A DNA stretch of 64,000 nucleotides from Candidatus Kaiserbacteria bacterium (GCA_016182485.1 JACPGH010000003.1:70331-134330), one strand, 5' to 3'; shown: positions 46,900 through 57,782, numbered from the stretch's first letter. Translations and numbers: made by a program. Notes: a model not told the origin generated them from the letters alone.

Positions 46900-48021
46900 T
46901 TACGGCGTTACCGTTATTGCCGCTTGCGCCCTCGTCCCGGAATTTTGGCCGATGAAGATATACGTGTGGCTTCCCGGTGCCGGCACCGCCATCGACCCGG
47001 TCGAGAAGCTGCCATCGCGGTTAGTGAAGGCCGTACCGACCGATGTTTCCTCATGCATGACGGTCACGCGTTCTTCACATCCGAAGTCGTGCCCGCCGAA
47101 ATCTATGTTCGTGCCTGCGCGCACGGATGCGCCATTCTGGTCGATGTGGCCGGTGCCTGAAGGAGCGGCGGTGCAGAGATCCGGGCCGCTCATTAGGCCG
47201 CTGGTTGTCGTGCCCATCCCTCCTACTCCGCGCATCATCTGCTCCATATGCGCCATGAGCATGCTCATCTGCTGCTTAAGCAGCGCGATATCCGCCGCGA
47301 GGCGCAAGAGTTCATTTTGAAGCGACGTCATATCGGTGCTAGTGGCGGTAGTTGTTGCTACCGTGCTCGTGGCCGCCGGCTGGACGAAGAAAGTGTTCGT
47401 CGCCACGCGGCCGCTCGTGCCGCCGGTCGCCGATATAGGGATGCTGCCGCTCGCGACCGAAGGAATGAACAGGGTCGTTGAGAAACTGCCGTTCGTATCT
47501 GTGGTGATATCCGTTATCGCCCCGCTGAAGTCGATCGTTATCGGCTCCGACGGCCCGAAATTCGTCCCGACGGCGATGACTGATGCGCCCGGCATGCCGC
47601 TGAAGATAGAGAGATTAAGGAAGGCCGCTGTGCTGGTCGCTCCCGCGCTCGGCGTGCTCGAGAATGGCGCGGTCGTGAACAACTGATGGCTGGACATCGT
47701 CGTACTCCCTAAAGCATCAGTTGAAATCACAGCGAAGTGATATGTCGTGCTCGCGATTAGATCGGAAAGCGCTACCATATGGTTCGTTACCAGCCCCGAA
47801 TCGAGGGTCGTACTCGCCGTTAGATCCATAGACGTCCCGTACATGACTTGCGAAGTCGCCGGCACGTCGGTCGTCCAATTGATTATCGCGGTCGTGTCTG
47901 TCGGCGTTGCTGTGATCGACGAGAGGACCGGTTCTCGAGCGCTCGCTACTGCGCCGGCGGCCAACAGTATTGCCGCTACAACCGGGACTAGCGGAATTTT
48001 GGATTTTATATACTGTCCCAT
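46900..48021 (-). CDS. Secreted Thr/Ser-rich protein with FN3/Ig-like domains
   Basis: Signal peptide; A.INWTTD..ATSQV.YG..H.V.L..L...TTYHF; repeated G..F..E.V...T..NG.FS modules. Confidence 0.7.
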   Translation of the reverse strand: MGQYIKSKIPLVPVVAAILLAAGAVASAREPVLSSITATPTDTTAIINWTTDVPATSQVMYGTSMDLTASTTLDSGLVTNHMVALSDLIASTTYHFAVISTDALGSTTMSSHQLFTTAPFSSTPSAGATSTAAFLNLSIFSGMPGASVIAVGTNFGPSEPITIDFSGAITDITTDTNGSFSTTLFIPSVASGSIPISATGGTSGRVATNTFFVQPAATSTVATTTATSTDMTSLQNELLRLAADIALLKQQMSMLMAHMEQMMRGVGGMGTTTSGLMSGPDLCTAAPSGTGHIDQNGASVRAGTNIDFGGHDFGCEERVTVMHEETSVGTAFTNRDGSFSTGSMAVPAPGSHTYIFIGQNSGTRAQAAITVTP

Positions 48022-48208
48022 AATTGCAAACGTTATTTGTAATGAGCCTGCCGAGCTGGTATCGCGGGTGAGATATTCGCCACGGGGCGTCACGCGCAAG
48101 AATACGCCGGAAGCCGTGAAGCAGGCGTGAACCGAAAAGAGATAGCGCCGCTCGCGAGATTCATCGGCATTTAACACGAGTAAGCATATGCTCACTTAGT
48201 GAGGGCTT

Positions 48209-48361
48209 ATGCTTGTCACTTTCGCAACCATTCTAATCATTCTTTGGCTTCTCGGGATCGTTACGGGATACACGCTCGGGTATTTTATTCATATCCTGCT
48301 CGTGGTGGCTATTATTTTGTTCCTCATACGCATCATTCAGGGTAGGAATCCCATCGAGTAG
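48209..48361 (+). CDS. lmo0937-family small membrane protein
   Basis: ILIILWLLG...TLGYFIHILLVVAII..L.R.IQGR. Confidence 0.75.
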   Translation: MLVTFATILIILWLLGIVTGYTLGYFIHILLVVAIILFLIRIIQGRNPIE

Positions 48362-48372
48362 GTTTTGACACT

Positions 48373-48413
48373 ACGACACACGGCCGGCCACTAGTTGGTC
48401 GGCCGTGTGTCGT
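48373..48413. terminator. Hairpin between convergent genes
   Basis: ACGACACACGGCCGGCCA-CTAGT-TGGTCGGCCGTGTGTCGT. Confidence 0.6.
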
Positions 48414-48431
48414 TCAAACCGGTCCGCGAAC

Positions 48432-49013
48432 TCATCGCACACCACGGGTAAGTGTCCAGTCGCGCACGAGCGTGGCATCGATCGTGAGCGGCTCTCCGGG
48501 CGCCACCGTACCGATGAGGCCGATAAAGTCACCCGTGGTTATTCCTGCCGGAAGGCCTGAGGGGCCGATGATATTCCCCAAGCCGGCGGGCAGGACCTGC
48601 GTCCCGGCGGACATCCTCACGGTCCACATGCCGCCCCAGCTATTTACTGTGAAGGCGGATGTGGTCGCCGTCGTTGCGGAGGACGTGGCCATCGGCATCG
48701 CGATCCCGCGCAGGAGTACGCTTCCAGTCCTGTCTATCGATACGATCATCGGCGGAAAGTTGCCTTGCGGGACGCCGGGTATGTTCTGCGACAAATTGGC
48801 TTGCGGAGCCGCAGGGACCCCGAGTGGCGAGATCGGACTCTGATTGGAAGGCGAAACATTCTGGTTCGGACCAAACGTTCCTGGGGGCATGTTCACGGAG
48901 GGGGTGCCCGGATCATACTGGGCGTACGCAAGCGAAGTCGCCGCTAACAGCGCTGCGGCTCCGAATATCGCTGAGACTACTATCGGTCGCGTAGCGGACA
49001 TTTTTGATTTCAT
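48432..49013 (-). CDS. Secreted hypothetical protein
   Basis: Signal peptide ending LAYA, Pro-rich linker, and a beta-rich C-terminus ending IDATLVRDW. Confidence 0.65.
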   Translation of the reverse strand: MKSKMSATRPIVVSAIFGAAALLAATSLAYAQYDPGTPSVNMPPGTFGPNQNVSPSNQSPISPLGVPAAPQANLSQNIPGVPQGNFPPMIVSIDRTGSVLLRGIAMPMATSSATTATTSAFTVNSWGGMWTVRMSAGTQVLPAGLGNIIGPSGLPAGITTGDFIGLIGTVAPGEPLTIDATLVRDWTLTRGVR

Positions 49014-49110
49014 ACTGCTTGTACGTCGTTTAGTTTTGGTTCTGATAAAGCCTTACGCCCTTCGCGGCGAGGGTAACATCCGAGCTATGAATTTCGAGTT
49101 AATGGTCCAA

Positions 49111-51450
49111 TTACGGCTTCCGAATGTTCGAAAAATAAATTTTCGTTAACAGATACATGACGAGACCGCTAAGGACGCCGATGCCGACAGCGGCGAAAGC
49201 CGCCGGGCGCGAGAGGGGAGCGACGCCGAAGAAGTATTGCGCGAAGGGAATGCGCAGCGCGTAGAAAAGGCCGATCCCTGCGAGCCCGCCGATGGTCCAG
49301 AGCGCCAGCCGCCTCGCCCGCGAGAGCCCGCCGCTTGCGACTTCAGACGCGAGCGCGAAGAAGAGGAAGCCCGTAACGACGATGTGCGCGATAAGCAGAG
49401 AAGGGAGCGGGTCATTCGGGAAATAGAGCTGGCCGGATAAATACGTCGCTATAGCGCCGAGAGTCTGGATCATCGAGAGCGCCAGCGGCAGCGGCAGGAC
49501 GCGTTCGAGGAACGGCTGTACCGAAGCCGGCGTCGTGCGCTCGGGCGGAGTGATCGCCCAATATGAGATAAGCAGTCCGTAGACTCCCACGGTGAAATAG
49601 TTCAAGAAGGTTATATGGAGAGGCGAGAGCGGGAATGGGTCGCCGATGACCGCGAGGGAAAGGAAGAAGAAGAATTGCAAGAACGTGGAGTTCATGAAAA
49701 TGGCGCCGAATATCTCTATGTTCTCTATCATGCTGTCCGCAAGCCGCACGCCTGCCGGCAGCTCGACGAAACTATTTCGCATGAGCACGACTGCGGCGAT
49801 CTGGCGGGTCGCGGTCGCTCCGTCGTAAATCGCAATGCCTAGATCCGCCTTCTTGACCGAAAGAGCGTCATTGGCGCCGTCCCCGATCATGGCGGTGAAT
49901 CCGTTAAGCTTGAACGCTTCGATAAGACGCTCCTTTTGCTCGGGCTCAATACGGGCGAAAAGCGTGTACCGGGGCGCGGTATGCGCATAGTCCGCGGCAT
50001 CCCACGCTTTCATCTCCGGGCCGGTAATCAGGGCCTCGGTGTTCTTGATGCCCGCTTTAGCAGCGATGGCACGCACCGTGGAGGGATGATCGCCCGAGAG
50101 AATTCGTATCGTCACGCCCCGGTTCTGAAAGAAGTTCACCGCGTCCTGCACGCCTTCGCGGAGCTGATTCGTCAATATGAATACTCCGGCCAAAGAAAGA
50201 CCTCTCGAAAGCTCGTGCGGGACACTGGCCGCTTCAGCGCGGACCATGCAGAGAGCGCGCTTTCCGAGAGCCACCGCGCTCTCGGTGTGTTCTGTGAGCC
50301 AGGCGCGCTCAGTCTCGCTCACGTGCGGAGAAAATATCTCCGGGGCGCCGACGAGCACCGCCGTTCCTGAGCTATTGCCTGCGACGGCGATGCCGCCGTA
50401 ATGCCGCCAGGAAGAGAACGAGAGAACATCCAGCACGGCGCGCTCGGGCGCGGGGCCGATATAGGATTCGACTGCTTTGATCGTCTGCGAAGAGTCGCCG
50501 GAATGACGGACGTACAGAGCTGCCAGGTCGCGCGCTTCCGAATGGTCTCCGGCCGGGGGTACGAGGAATTGTTCGACCGCGAGCTCGTTCTCGGTAAGCG
50601 TGCCCGTCTTGTCCATGCAGAGATTTTTCACGCGGCCGAATTTCTCCGTAGCGTTTATTTCCTGCAGGAGGACGTGCCGGTTGTAGAAATGGCCGGCGCC
50701 GTACGTGAAAAGGAGAGTCGTCGCGACCACGAGCCCTTGCGGGACGAGCACGCTCGCGAGCGCCCCGATCTGCTCCACTATGCGGGCCGCCGCCTGTTCT
50801 TGAAGCACGCCTCGCGCAATGACAAATAGCGCCACGGCCAGCAGAACGAGCACGGTGTAACGGATGATAGTCTCCACCGACTGCTGTATCGGGCTCGGAT
50901 TGGCGGAATACCGCGCGAGTCCGCGCGCCATGGCGGCCATGCGGCTCTCGGCGAATGCCGTGTCGGCACGCATGACTCCGGTTCCCGCGGTAACGACGCT
51001 GCCGGCGAGCATGCCTGCTCCCTCGCCTCGGGGAAAGGAATCGGATTCGCCCGTTATCAGCCCCTCGTTCACTTCCAGACTCGTGCTTGAAACAACGATG
51101 CCGTCAGTGGGCGCTTGGTCGCCGAGCTTGAGCGCCAAAAGATCTCCCTTGCTCACGGATTCTATTGCGATCTCGCTTCTTTCGCCGTCCGCGCTGACGC
51201 GCGTGATCTTCGGCAGGGTGAGGAGCTGCAGCCGTTCAAGAAGGAGCCAGGCGCGCAGATCCTGGCCGAAGCCGAGGAGGATATTGATGAGGACGATGGT
51301 CCCGAGGAAAAGCCCCTCGCGCGTCTCTCCGAACATGATGAGCAGAAGCACGACCGCGAAGATGATCGCGTTGATCGGCAGGGCGATATGACGCAAGGCG
51401 ATTAGAACGATCTCGCGCGAAGTGCGGCGCGCGCGGATGAGAAAAGCCAT
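49111..51450 (-). CDS. Cation-transporting P-type ATPase (CtpE-like)
   Basis: TGES, VPQGL, DKTGTLT, SGDH, P.QK and GDGANDA. Confidence 0.92.
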   Translation of the reverse strand: MAFLIRARRTSREIVLIALRHIALPINAIIFAVVLLLIMFGETREGLFLGTIVLINILLGFGQDLRAWLLLERLQLLTLPKITRVSADGERSEIAIESVSKGDLLALKLGDQAPTDGIVVSSTSLEVNEGLITGESDSFPRGEGAGMLAGSVVTAGTGVMRADTAFAESRMAAMARGLARYSANPSPIQQSVETIIRYTVLVLLAVALFVIARGVLQEQAAARIVEQIGALASVLVPQGLVVATTLLFTYGAGHFYNRHVLLQEINATEKFGRVKNLCMDKTGTLTENELAVEQFLVPPAGDHSEARDLAALYVRHSGDSSQTIKAVESYIGPAPERAVLDVLSFSSWRHYGGIAVAGNSSGTAVLVGAPEIFSPHVSETERAWLTEHTESAVALGKRALCMVRAEAASVPHELSRGLSLAGVFILTNQLREGVQDAVNFFQNRGVTIRILSGDHPSTVRAIAAKAGIKNTEALITGPEMKAWDAADYAHTAPRYTLFARIEPEQKERLIEAFKLNGFTAMIGDGANDALSVKKADLGIAIYDGATATRQIAAVVLMRNSFVELPAGVRLADSMIENIEIFGAIFMNSTFLQFFFFLSLAVIGDPFPLSPLHITFLNYFTVGVYGLLISYWAITPPERTTPASVQPFLERVLPLPLALSMIQTLGAIATYLSGQLYFPNDPLPSLLIAHIVVTGFLFFALASEVASGGLSRARRLALWTIGGLAGIGLFYALRIPFAQYFFGVAPLSRPAAFAAVGIGVLSGLVMYLLTKIYFSNIRKP

Positions 51451-51654
51451 GGGAATTAGTATAGCCCACATGCGAACGTTGCGGTTCGGGCTGTAGGCGT
51501 TATGGTAAAGAGCGGACAATGTTCCTGTGGTCGGAGCCTTTCCCCGAGGAGGAGGAAGACATGGAGGAAGTAGCGCATAGTGTCGCATTTCATAGGAGCG
51601 GGAATAGTGATTCTCAACTATTTCTTCGCGGCGAAAGCCCCAGGAGGGACGCTC

Positions 51655-51861
51655 ATGACTAAGCTCCTCATTGTCCTCTTAGCGGTTGCGGCCTTGTACG
51701 CGGAGCCGTCGATTATCCTATTCCTCGGGATCCCGGCAGTTCTCGGAACAGTCCTCTGCATCGGGATCGCTGTCGTTCGTTCGCTGCTCCACTCAGGAGA
51801 TCCGTGTAACGATCTGGAGCCGGAGCGGCTCAATCGGCGGGAGATCACTCGAGTGCAATGA
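51655..51861 (+). CDS. Small membrane hypothetical protein
   Basis: GGAGG SD upstream; two hydrophobic segments. Confidence 0.4.
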   Translation: MTKLLIVLLAVAALYAEPSIILFLGIPAVLGTVLCIGIAVVRSLLHSGDPCNDLEPERLNRREITRVQ

Positions 51862-52003
51862 AAATCCGGCGGCTCGCTCTGCGAGCCGCCCTCCCCTGAG
51901 TTCGGGAATCATTCCTGAATTCGGGGTAGGGGAAAGCTCGCCTGCCTGCTCGCCTCGCTGCATTTCCGGTGAAGCGGGTAGGCAGGCGGGGTATGATAGG
52001 GCA

Positions 52004-53377
52004 ATGAACAAGGGCGCGTTGGAGAAAGAAATCGAAAAGGCTTTCGAAGCGCCCGCGCAGTTATTGGAAGAAGCGGTCGACAGGGTACGGGAGAACGAAA
52101 AGAAACTGATCAGCAAAGCGCCGTTCAAGCGGGCAGAGGAGTACTGGAACACGCTCGGCCCAGGGCTCACGACCGGCGCGGCCGACGATGACCCCTCCGG
52201 CATCGCGACGTATTCGCAGGCGGGCGCGCGCTACGGATTCCAACTGATCTGGACGTCGTTCTTCACCTTTCCGCTCATGGCGGTTGTGCAGGAGATGTGC
52301 GCGCGCATCGGGATCGTGTCCGGGCAGGGACTCGCCGCCAATATCCGGAGCCATTATCCCGCCCGCATCCTATACGCGGTAACGGCTCTGCTCTTCGCGG
52401 TGAACGCATTCACCATTGCCGCGAACTTGGGCGCTATGGCGGCCGCCACCAGGCTCCTCTTGCCAGCCGCCAGCTCGGAGATGCTCGTTATCTTCTTCGC
52501 CCTCTTCTCCCTCTTCCTGCAGATATTCACCACCTATGCGCGATACGCGAAATATCTGAAATATCTGGCGCTCGGGCTCCTTTCATACGTAGCGGTCGCC
52601 CTCTCCTTGGGACTCGATTGGGGCGACGTATTCCGGCACCTCGTCCTCCCTTCCATAACCGCTTCCAAAGAGCAGTTCTTCTTGCTCGCCGCCATTCTCG
52701 GCACCACCATTTCTCCCTATCTCTTTTTCTGGCAAACCTCGCAGGAAGTAGAGGAGCGCATCGCCCAAGGCGGGGCAACCGTCGTGTACCGCTCTGAAAT
52801 AAACAATAAGACCATGCGCCGCATGCGGATTGACGTATGGAGCGGCATGTTTTTCTCCAATCTCATCACCTTCTTTATTTTCGCGGCAACGGCCGGGACG
52901 CTGTATGCGTACGGGATACGGGATATCGTTACGGTCGAACAGGCGGCTTTAGCGCTGCGCCCCTTTGGAGAATTCGCGTTCTGGCTCTTCGCGGCCGGCA
53001 TCGTGGGGACGGGCCTGCTCTCCGTGCCGGTACTTGCGGGCTCGGCGGCGTACGCGCTCGCGGAAAGCTTCAAATGGAAGTACGGCCTTTATCTGAAATT
53101 AAAGCAAGCCCGCGCCTTTTACGGCGTCATAATCGTTTCGATGCTGCTCGGGATCGCGGCTAATTTCATCGGGCTCGATCCCATCCGCGGGCTGATATAT
53201 GCCGCAGTCGGCAACGCGCTGATCGCGCCGTTCGTTCTCTTCTTTGTCGTGCGCATAGCAGGCAGGAAGAGCATCATGGGCCGGTATGCGAGCCATCCGC
53301 TCATCTCGTTCGCCGGCTGGTTCACTATCCTCGTCATGGCGGCCTCGGGCGCGGCCGCCATATGGGCGGTGGTTTAA
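52004..53377 (+). CDS. NRAMP-family divalent metal transporter
   Basis: LGPGLTTGAADDDPSGIATYSQAGA, QEMCARIG and LGTTISPYLFFWQ. Confidence 0.9.
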   Translation: MNKGALEKEIEKAFEAPAQLLEEAVDRVRENEKKLISKAPFKRAEEYWNTLGPGLTTGAADDDPSGIATYSQAGARYGFQLIWTSFFTFPLMAVVQEMCARIGIVSGQGLAANIRSHYPARILYAVTALLFAVNAFTIAANLGAMAAATRLLLPAASSEMLVIFFALFSLFLQIFTTYARYAKYLKYLALGLLSYVAVALSLGLDWGDVFRHLVLPSITASKEQFFLLAAILGTTISPYLFFWQTSQEVEERIAQGGATVVYRSEINNKTMRRMRIDVWSGMFFSNLITFFIFAATAGTLYAYGIRDIVTVEQAALALRPFGEFAFWLFAAGIVGTGLLSVPVLAGSAAYALAESFKWKYGLYLKLKQARAFYGVIIVSMLLGIAANFIGLDPIRGLIYAAVGNALIAPFVLFFVVRIAGRKSIMGRYASHPLISFAGWFTILVMAASGAAAIWAVV

Positions 53378-53385
53378 ATGTAGCA

Positions 53386-53425
53386 AGTGTGCAACGCCAA
53401 AGTGTGCAACGCCAGGCGTTGCACA
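53386..53425. repeat. REP-like palindrome with a duplicated arm
   Basis: AAGTGTGCAACGCCA twice, the second copy forming TGTGCAACGCC-A-GGCGTTGCACA. Confidence 0.6.
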
Positions 53426-53663
53426 AGTTCGCATATCAAAGATATTGGACGGTCGGCGAGAATCGTTGATATCTTTCGTGCAAAAACAAAGCGCCCCGAG
53501 CCGAAGGCTCGGGGCGCAAGAATGCTGCTACGGTTGACCTCCACCGCCAGGAGCGTTCGTTTCGCGTAGATTGTCGCAGGGCTCTGCGCTGGGTGTCCGC
53601 ACAGAACCGAAAGAGCTGCAACCGGCGCGGCGGGGAGGCGAAGCCTTCCCGCCGCGTTTCAAG

Positions 53664-53948
53664 CTAGATTTCCCGCACTTCGGCCATGGCGACGCGGATC
53701 GCGTCGCCGATGCTGCCGATGCTCCACGGCTCGGTGACGCTCCGGTCGAAATACCGGAACGCCACCAGCATCTCCTGCGCCGGCCCATAGTGGCTTAAGG
53801 CCACCACATCGAGCCGAGCGCCGCTAACAGCGCTGATCTCGACCTGCTCGTACGTCCCGATCGAGACCAGTGTTGAAGAAAGATGCTCGCGCAGCGTGGT
53901 GGTCGCAGTCTCAGGGCCGCCTTCGTTGACCATTGCCATGACGTTCAT
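53664..53948 (-). CDS. Hypothetical protein
   Basis: GAGGAG SD upstream; 94 aa ORF with no recognised motif. Confidence 0.4.
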   Translation of the reverse strand: MNVMAMVNEGGPETATTTLREHLSSTLVSIGTYEQVEISAVSGARLDVVALSHYGPAQEMLVAFRYFDRSVTEPWSIGSIGDAIRVAMAEVREI

Positions 53949-54197
53949 TCCTATCTCCTCACGCGCAGCTTCGAACGTTTCGCAGTTTGCCCCCATGGCT
54001 CGCCGCCGAACTGTTCCCATAAGGGAATTGTGTCCGCAAAGGCCTTTTTAAGGGCAATGCTCCGTTGGAGCTTGCAGTGCGGACTATGAGTCTGTCAGAG
54101 AGCCACTTGCTTGTTGCTAAGTTAGCATGTTTAGATAGATTTGTCAAGCCCCTATCGGGAAGCGTCAAAATGGCTTATAAATAAAGGGTTTTATGGA

Positions 54198-54236
54198 CCC
54201 CATTAGAAAGCTCGCTTCGCTCGCGTTCTAACGGGG
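54198..54236. repeat. CCCC(G/A)TTAGA...TCTAACGGGG inverted repeat upstream of typA
   Basis: CCCCATTAGAA-AGCTCGCTTCGCTCGCG-TTCTAACGGGG; a second copy lies at 57862-57891. Confidence 0.65.
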
Positions 54237-54247
54237 CAAGGATACGT

Positions 54248-56140
54248 ATGGAAATAAGAAATATAGCTATCATCGCGCATGTGGACCACGGGAAAACGGC
54301 CTTGACCGACGCCATTTTGAAGCAAACTGGCGCGGTCGCGCCCGGCTTCTCGATGGACACGAACGCGCTCGAACGCGAGCGCGGCATCACTATCTATTCC
54401 AAAAACGCCGCGGTCGAATATCCCTCGAAGGACTCGGGACGTCCCGTCACCAAAATCAATATCGTAGATACGCCGGGACACGCCGACTTCGGCAGCGAAG
54501 TCGAGCGTGTTTTGCGTTCCATTGATTCGGTTCTGCTCGTAGTGGATGCGGCCGAAGGGCCGATGCCGCAGACGCGCTTCGTCTTAAAGAAATCGCTCGA
54601 ACTCGGTTTGAGGCCCATAGTCGTAATTAATAAAGTGGACAAGCCGGCGGCCGATCCCGCGCGCACCGAGGAACAAGTGCTTGAGCTCTTTTTCGAGCTC
54701 GGGGCCACGGACGAGCAGTCCGATTTTCCGGTAATCTACGCGATCGGGCGCGACGGAGTCGCCGCGCGGTCACTCGACGATCTGCCGAATCGGGGCGGTT
54801 CGGTGAACGACCTCTCGCAGCTGCTCGATCTTATCCTTGAAAAGGTCCCCGCGGCCAATGAGGGACATACGATGTCCATCAATTCGGACGCGCTCATGGC
54901 GCAGCCGTTCAACCTCGCCTACGATAATTTCCTCGGTCGGCTGGCGATCGTCCGCATTTATTCGGGAATATTGCGGGCGAATCAGTCTGTATTCGTGAAG
55001 AAGCCGGGCGGCCTGCCTGCGCAGGCAGGCGAGACCCGTTCCGGGCGCACGACAAAGATCTTCACCTTCAAAGGACTCGAACGGGTCGAGGTGCTAGAAG
55101 CCTCGGCGGGCGATATCGCGCTCGTCGCGGGTCTCCCGGATATTTACATCGGGGAAACCATAACCACCGATGAGAATGCGGCGCCGCTGCCCGCGATCGC
55201 GGTCGACGAGCCGACGATCGCCCTCAACTTCCTCGTCAATAATTCTCCGTTCGCCGGCCGGGAAGGGAAGTATGTCACGGGCCGCCAGATCCGAGAGCGT
55301 CTCGAAAAAGAACTTGAGGTTAACGTGGGGCTTAAAATTGATTTCAGTAATGCCGAGGTGCTGCGAGTTTCGGGACGCGGCGAGCTGCATGTTGCCATAC
55401 TTCTCGAGAATATGCGCCGCGAAGGCTACGAACTGCAGGTATCCCAGCCGCAAGTGATCTTTCACGTAGCCGAAGGTGGCGAGCGTAGCGAGCCGTTTGA
55501 GGAATTGATCATCGACACCCCGGCAGAATTCCAAGGCGCTATCATTGAGAAGCTCGGGCCGCGCGGATTTGTGCTTTCAGATGTCCGTCTAGCTTCCAAC
55601 ACCCAACAACCAGCAACCAGCAACTTGCCCCCAGCCTCCAGTGTCCGGCTCACGCTCGAAGGCCCGACGCGCGGATTGCTTGGATACAAGAATATGTTCG
55701 TCATCGACACGCGCGGAGAGGGAATTCTGTCGTCGCGCGTACTGGGATTCCGGCCGTATGCCGGGGAAATTAAGAAACGGCAGGTCGGTTCGATGATCTC
55801 GATGGCCAGCGGCAAGGCGCTCGGCTTCTCGCTCTGGAATTTGCAGGAACGCGGCCAGCTCTATATCAAGCCTGCGACGGAAGTGTACGAAGGTATGGTG
55901 ATCGGCAACACGTCGAAGGGCGAGGAGATGATGGTGAATCCGACGAAGGGCAAGAATTTGACGAACGTTCGAGCCTCTGCGAGCGACGAAGCCATCACGC
56001 TCGTGCCGACCTTCGACCTCTCCATCGAGCGCGGGCTCGAGATTATGGCGGACGACGAATATCTCGAGATAACTCCCGCCTCAGTGCGTTTGCGCAAACA
56101 ATATCTGACTGAAAACGAGCGCGCGAAAGCACGGCGCTGA
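54248..56140 (+). CDS. typA: Translational GTPase TypA/BipA
   Basis: [39 protein letters not shown] and [12 protein letters not shown]. Confidence 0.95.
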   Translation: MEIRNIAIIAHVDHGKTALTDAILKQTGAVAPGFSMDTNALERERGITIYSKNAAVEYPSKDSGRPVTKINIVDTPGHADFGSEVERVLRSIDSVLLVVDAAEGPMPQTRFVLKKSLELGLRPIVVINKVDKPAADPARTEEQVLELFFELGATDEQSDFPVIYAIGRDGVAARSLDDLPNRGGSVNDLSQLLDLILEKVPAANEGHTMSINSDALMAQPFNLAYDNFLGRLAIVRIYSGILRANQSVFVKKPGGLPAQAGETRSGRTTKIFTFKGLERVEVLEASAGDIALVAGLPDIYIGETITTDENAAPLPAIAVDEPTIALNFLVNNSPFAGREGKYVTGRQIRERLEKELEVNVGLKIDFSNAEVLRVSGRGELHVAILLENMRREGYELQVSQPQVIFHVAEGGERSEPFEELIIDTPAEFQGAIIEKLGPRGFVLSDVRLASNTQQPATSNLPPASSVRLTLEGPTRGLLGYKNMFVIDTRGEGILSSRVLGFRPYAGEIKKRQVGSMISMASGKALGFSLWNLQERGQLYIKPATEVYEGMVIGNTSKGEEMMVNPTKGKNLTNVRASASDEAITLVPTFDLSIERGLEIMADDEYLEITPASVRLRKQYLTENERAKARR

Positions 56141-56154
56141 TTCAGATAAAAGAG

Positions 56155-56195
56155 AAGCCCGCGTGAGTCCCGACGGTCGGGACTCACGCGGGCTT
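56155..56195. terminator. Hairpin between typA and the convergent ORF
   Basis: AAGCCCGCGTGAGTCCCGAC-G-GTCGGGACTCACGCGGGCTT. Confidence 0.65.
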
Positions 56196-56351
56196 GGTTC
56201 CGCGCTTGACGGCACCGCGCGCAATCTTCTTGAAGATGGCGCGGCATTGCCGGCAGCTTCCGATGTGCGTATAGACTGATACGAACACTTCGGAGGAAAG
56301 ATGCAGGCGAGCAAACTTTGCCAGCACATGACGATCGGGATGCTGTGCCAT
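56184..56351 (-). CDS. Small HxxxCxxC (zf-HC2-like) protein
   Basis: HP...L...HIGSCRQCR; GGAGGT SD upstream. Confidence 0.5.
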   Translation of the reverse strand: MAQHPDRHVLAKFARLHLSSEVFVSVYTHIGSCRQCRAIFKKIARGAVKRGTKPA

Positions 56352-56458
56352 ACTACCTCCTCTTCGCAAGGATCGTTTGAGCTAACCTAGTATAACGTAA
56401 TTTAATAAATGATGAGGCCGCCTCGCCGAAGGCGGGCGGCCTGTGAATTGAGGATTGA

Positions 56459-57190
56459 TCACCTCATCGCGTAGTCCGCGATATACGCGGTGATCTCGAG
56501 GCGCAGCTTTGGATCAATCCGACCGCACTCGACGTAGAGGTCGAGCAGGTCGGCGATCGTGAAGACTGTGTGGAGCTCGCAGCCGTGCCTGGCGAGCTCT
56601 TCTCGGCCGCCCTGCTCGCGATCGACGAGCACGACGACGTCGGTGACTGCAAGGCCCGCATCCCGCAGGACCTTGATCGCTTCCAGCTTCGAATCAGCCT
56701 TGGTGATCATGTCATCTACCAACAGTGCCGTTTGCCCTACTGCCGCCAGGGCGCTCCTATGAGGTGCGATGGACCGCGTCCCGCCGTTCTCCTCCTTTGC
56801 AAGCGAGCACCACGCGGCGACGGCGAGCCCGGCGATCACCTTGGCGAATGGATCTCCCGCGCGGGGCACACCAACGACGACGTCGATGTCGAACGCGGAG
56901 TCCGAGTCCTCCATGACGAGCGAGCTCCACATGCACTCCGCCGCGTGCTCGACAAGCTCGGGTGTGAGCGGGCCGGGCGTCGGGCTGTACGGCGTGCGCA
57001 GGTTGAGGAAGAACGGCGAGAGCGGATCGGACGGATTCTTCTCATGATGCTTGAGCAGGAAGCCCCGCTCGGGACCTGTCGGCCCTTGGCGCTCGATGAC
57101 GCGCGGATGGTCGGAAGCGGAGGTCAGTACCGATCCCACATCCATGAGCGCGAGACCGAGGGACCGTAGCTTACCGTATGCGGATAACAC
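56459..57190 (-). CDS. pyrE: Orotate phosphoribosyltransferase
   Basis: SPFFLNLR, ALLVDDMITKADSK and VVLVDREQGG; AGGAGG SD before a GTG start. Confidence 0.85.
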   Translation of the reverse strand: MLSAYGKLRSLGLALMDVGSVLTSASDHPRVIERQGPTGPERGFLLKHHEKNPSDPLSPFFLNLRTPYSPTPGPLTPELVEHAAECMWSSLVMEDSDSAFDIDVVVGVPRAGDPFAKVIAGLAVAAWCSLAKEENGGTRSIAPHRSALAAVGQTALLVDDMITKADSKLEAIKVLRDAGLAVTDVVVLVDREQGGREELARHGCELHTVFTIADLLDLYVECGRIDPKLRLEITAYIADYAMR

Positions 57191-57226
57191 GTTACTCCTC
57201 CTTCCTGGTTGATACCAAGGTGCCAT

Positions 57227-57267
57227 ATTCGCCGGACCGTTCCGGCGATTCCGGGCGCATAGTAGCA
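57227..57267 (-). promoter_or_regulatory. Promoter plus conserved 5' leader hairpin, copy 1 (pyrE)
   Basis: TGCTACTAT followed by CGGAA-TCGCCGGA-ACGG-TCCGGCGA-AT. Confidence 0.55.
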
Positions 57268-57304
57268 AAAGAAACGGGCGTCGGCCATTGGCCGACGCCC
57301 GCTG

Positions 57305-57751
57305 CTATCTGCTCGCGCAGACACGCGCGATGAGGCCCGTCTTGATCTCGGCGGCGAGCTTCTGCGCCGCGGCGACGGGGTCCGGCGCCGCCGTGATACT
57401 CGCCCCGACGAGGACGTAATCCGCGCCATTGCGGATCGCTTCTCCCGCCGTCCGATCCCCAGACACGACCCGAGCGCCAGCCGAGATCCTGAGCCTGGCA
57501 GGCTCTCTTGTGTCGAGCTGGCCGCCCCAAAATTCCTTGCCGCCCAGCCGGGCGAACAGCTCGTTGATCTTGGAAAGGTTATAGGACGAGACGTCCGGAG
57601 GAATTCCGAGCGACTCCAGCATAGTGCGGATCAGTTCGGCGCCGATCTTGAATCCGCCGACATGCGGCGCGAGCAGTCTGACGAGCGCGAGCGCTCTGTC
57701 TACGGAGTCCACATCTAGAACGACGATGATCCTGTCCTTTGCCTCTCCCAT
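57305..57751 (-). pseudogene. pyrF: Degenerate, internally deleted OMP decarboxylase (PyrF-like)
   Basis: RIIVVLD, GGFKIG and AIRNGADYVLVG..ITAAPDPVAAA are present; the catalytic DxKxxD motif and the middle of the barrel are absent. Confidence 0.65.
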
Positions 57752-57782
57752 CCGTGTAGTCTCCTTCGCTAAAGTAATGCGC

